This document shows positions 37,905-40,275 of a stretch of 40,275 nucleotides of DNA, in pieces. The notes under the pieces were generated by a model. It was not told the origin of the DNA. It made no database searches and saw only the letters and a list, made by a program, of their open reading frames with translations. The stretch is taken from contig JBBRGF010000003.1 of assembly GCA_038240975.1 (NCBI GenBank), forward strand, positions 1 through 40,275. Reading direction: 5' to 3'. A program made the position numbers and the translations under genes. The DNA comes from Gemmatimonadales bacterium. Lineage in GTDB: Bacteria; Gemmatimonadota; Gemmatimonadetes; Gemmatimonadales; GWC2-71-9. How positions within the stretch are numbered: position 1 is the stretch's first letter; the number at the start of each line of letters is the position of its first letter.

Positions 37905-38189
37905 TCAACCCGAAGCGGCCAAATCGAAGGGCTGGGGGCTCGAACACAGGCGGTCGATCTCATCGAGATCCTCGAGCGCTCGGTCGCGATGCGGTGAGGG
38001 AACGTCGTCCGGGCGCCGAACGTCGTGCGGCAAAGGCAGCAGGCTGCTCAAACGTTCCCAATATCCCGCTGGCCAATTGGGCCGGTCGACGGGCTCCAGG
38101 ATCACCGCCCGGCCCACCTTGCGCACCCGGACAGTACCACCGGTAAACCGGCACTCCTTCGGTAGCCGGACGGCTTGGCTGCCTCCAGC
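37905..38189 (-). pseudogene. vapB: VapB/AbrB-fold antitoxin, 5'-truncated, no recognisable toxin
   Basis: GGSQAVRLPKECRFTGGTVRVRKVGRAVILEP begins immediately after the stop of the upstream gene, with no start codon. Confidence 0.75.
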
Positions 38190-38729
38190 TTACTCACGTT
38201 GAATCGTAACGGAGCCAACCCGGATCGCGGTAAGCGGGCTGGGCTGCGAGACGACTCTGTCTCCGACGTCCGATCTGCAGGCCACTGCGAGGTTCGTGCG
38301 AGTCGTGATTGCGAAGACGACGGTATTCGGGATCGTAGCGAAGTTGTTCGGACCCAGACCACCTACCATACCCCTCGCCAGTTGCCCAGTCGTGGTCCCC
38401 CCGACCGCAAAGACGCAGTCCACGAGCCGAGCCTCAGGGTCGTTCGAGGAGAGGACCGCGCTGACGGTCGCGACGTAACTACCGGCTGGCAGCGAAATCT
38501 TCTGGATCACGCTGAACCCTGTGCCGAGGCTGATGGCCGCTCCGGTCGGACCATTCCCCACGAAGAACCCGCGCGTCGTCGAGCTCGCGGCGGCAGCGTT
38601 CCCATCGACTGCGCTGCTACTGAGCTCGGGATCCGACGATGCGTCTGCGATCGGCTGTGTGGGCGCGCTGGTATCGTCGTTGCAGGCCAGCAACATCGCT
38701 GCAACCGCGGCTTCTCGAAGTAAACGCAT
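38190..38729 (-). CDS. Hypothetical lipoprotein with beta-rich C-terminal domain
   Basis: MRLLREAAVAAMLLAC lipobox, low-complexity linker, two further Cys. Confidence 0.65.
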   Translation of the reverse strand: MRLLREAAVAAMLLACNDDTSAPTQPIADASSDPELSSSAVDGNAAAASSTTRGFFVGNGPTGAAISLGTGFSVIQKISLPAGSYVATVSAVLSSNDPEARLVDCVFAVGGTTTGQLARGMVGGLGPNNFATIPNTVVFAITTRTNLAVACRSDVGDRVVSQPSPLTAIRVGSVTIQRE

Positions 38730-38803
38730 TGGGCCCCCAGGAGTGGATTGCTTTGGCGCGCATTGGTGATCTCAGCCCGGCGGCCTCGGGAACGAGCCAG
38801 CCG

Positions 38804-38888
38804 AGTCTACCCGTTCCGCATCAAGTGGATCTCAAGTCTCGCCCGCCCGATCGGTCTTGATTTCCTCTTGACCTGTGCCGGCTAGGAT
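38804..38888. promoter_or_regulatory. Symmetric divergent promoters with 11-bp tandem CTTGA repeats
   Basis: TCAAG at 38821 and 38832, CTTGA at 38856 and 38867; each pair lies 11 nt from a -10-like hexamer (TAGACT on -, TAGGAT on +). Confidence 0.55.
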
Positions 38889-38978
38889 GCACTGCCTCCA
38901 TTCGGCTCCCACAGAGCGGTGGGGCAGGATCTCGCCCGTTGGAGGAGCGGTTCAACAACGACACTGAGAGCAACCAAG

Positions 38979-39209
38979 ATGACTGCGAGCTTTGGAGATA
39001 ACGCCCTCGCCGACCTGCTGACTGAAAGCCGAATCGTGCGCGGAAACGTCATGAGCGCCGCGCGATGGGCCGCGGGGCTCCTTCTGCTGGTGATGACCGG
39101 GACCGGCACCGCCGTGCTGCTCCTCATCTTTGTCCCGCTCGTCTGGATGCGGGGTCTGCTCGGTTTCGATCCACCGCTAAAGGAGGAAGACATGGCGTGG
39201 CTGGAGTGA
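38979..39209 (+). CDS. Small hypothetical membrane protein
   Basis: 76 aa with a long hydrophobic stretch, downstream of the + promoter; start uncertain. Confidence 0.45.
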   Translation: MTASFGDNALADLLTESRIVRGNVMSAARWAAGLLLLVMTGTGTAVLLLIFVPLVWMRGLLGFDPPLKEEDMAWLE

Positions 39210-39277
39210 GAGGTCCGGCTGATATGCTTGTCATTTTGGCCGCGTACGCCGTCCGGCGTAACAGGAATGCGCCACTG

Positions 39278-39297
39278 AAAACCCCGCTTACGCGGGG
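39278..39297 (-). terminator. Rho-independent terminator downstream of the tRNA 3' end
   Basis: Minus strand CCCCGC-GTAA-GCGGGG-TTTT. Confidence 0.7.
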
Positions 39298-39330
39298 CCT
39301 GCTAACCTCACATCGGAGTGGGATTGAGAA

Positions 39331-39372
39331 TGGGCCTAGGTAGAGTTGAACTACCGACCTCACGCTTATCAG
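39331..39372 (-). tRNA. 3' half only of tRNA-Ile(GAT); att-site duplication, not a functional gene
   Basis: CTGATAA-GCGTG-AGGTC-GGTAG-TTCAACT-CTACC-TAGGCCC-A gives the anticodon loop, T arm and acceptor 3' strand; no D arm or 5' acceptor strand upstream. Confidence 0.8.
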
Positions 39373-39509
39373 CCGCCCAAATCGGATTCCGGATTACGAC
39401 ATCTTGCCGCTTTTGATAGGGCGGACGGCGCGATCTGCCCGGAGTCTTAGCCGCCAAAGTCCGATGAAAAGGGACTGAATACACACCGGAGTACACACTG
39501 CGGCAGATG

Positions 39510-40012
39510 TCACCCGACAGTTACGGGCGTTAACGCCATCGTGTCGTTCCCGAAGATGTCGATGACCTTGACGGCGACGACGTAGTGACCTGCCTTCTGG
39601 TACGCATGCGACGCGCTTGTCATTTCGAGCTCGCGATCTTTTTTCTCGTCCGGAAGCCCTGCCACTCATTCTGGAAGATGTAGCTTCCGGTCCAACGCTC
39701 CTCGAATTCGATGAACTCGTTGACGTCGGCGATACCCGGCAGGCCTCCCTCAACGCCGAGGTTCTTCGCGACTTTGATGATCTCGCGGCGGCTCTCGTAG
39801 TTGAAGTCGACCGCCCAGTAGTCGACCCAATCGGTCCACTGCTTAGTGAGCACATCCTTAGTGACGATGCCGTCGTTGTTCTTGCTCACTTTGATCAGCT
39901 GCCCTGCTCGCACACGACCTCGCTTTTTCCGACCTTCAGCTCGGCGGTAATCGACTCGACAAGCCCTTGCGTGTAGTAGACGGAGCAATCCGTTAGCTCG
40001 ACCACGAGCGAC
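39510..40012 (-). pseudogene. C-terminal fragment of site-specific DNA methyltransferase (type III Mod-like)
   Basis: VVELTDCSVYY / WTDWVDYWAVDFNY..WTGSYIFQNEWQGFRTRK / DRELEMTS..VAVKVIDIFGNDT; frameshifts near 39900 and 39640. Confidence 0.7.
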
Positions 40013-40032
40013 GAGCCCCACCAAGTGTGCCC

Positions 40033-40275
40033 ACCCGTGATTCCAGCAAGTACTTCGGTTGAAGAAGGGCGTGAGCGCCTACACCATGGTGTTAAACCAT
40101 GTGCACTCAACGCCCGGATCATCGGCGCCCACGAACATGAGTCGCATTACGTCTTCGACATCTTGCACAACAACACCTCTGATTCGCAGCCGACACGGCA
40201 TTCGACCGATACCCACGACACCAATCAAGTGAACTTCTTCACGCTCGACGTCTTTGGTTACCAGTTCGCTCCCCG
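40033..40275 (+). pseudogene. Tn3-family transposase internal fragment, frameshifted
   Basis: SKYFG / KKGVSAYTMVLNHV / NARIIGAHEHESHYVFDILHNNTSD..HSTDTHDTNQVNF..FGYQFAP, matching the Tn3 DDE region (TDTHG-like motif). Confidence 0.75.

Larger units (their letters stand above)
39331..40275. mobile_element. End of a genomic island integrated in tRNA-Ile (extends beyond window)
   Basis: tRNA fragment starts exactly at the anticodon loop. TACACAC direct repeats at 39480 and 39492, visibly lower GC, and methyltransferase and transposase debris follow. Confidence 0.65.

Noticed and set aside
37763-37963. VapC toxin ORF after vapB
   Set aside because: No PIN-domain acidic motif; most of it overlaps the membrane protein fragment in another frame.
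39331-39410. Intact tRNA-Ile gene
   Set aside because: 5' acceptor strand and D arm are absent.

Overview
High-GC bacterial chromosome segment. The lipoprotein style and Oar-type TonB receptor suggest a Gram-negative organism such as Gemmatimonadota, but this is an unverified impression. The left two thirds are intact housekeeping and stress genes: the 3' end of a TonB-dependent receptor, a beta-barrel OMP, a soluble NAD-dependent Mo-formate dehydrogenase operon (fdsGBAD) with divergent fdhD, a LysR regulator and a YdeP-type oxidoreductase. These are followed by a two-component system with a TolC/MFP/RND efflux operon, a dps / dioxygenase-esterase fusion / M1 / M24 peptidase run, ada, an ECF42-like sigma factor and a mutarotase. 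Next come a B12-dependent CarH-type photoreceptor cluster (DUF378, SDR-DUF2867, collapsed photolyase) and a TetR-controlled membrane protein/ABA4-like pair. From about 35.5 kb the DNA is a mosaic of gene fragments (ligD, DHFR-like, RHS-like, aldo-keto reductase, vapB) that includes a lone integron attC site. The window ends in a tRNA-Ile(GAT) 3'-half att site, followed by decayed methyltransferase and Tn3 transposase fragments. Several regulatory sites can be read directly from the sequence. All family calls are by motif recognition, without database searches.
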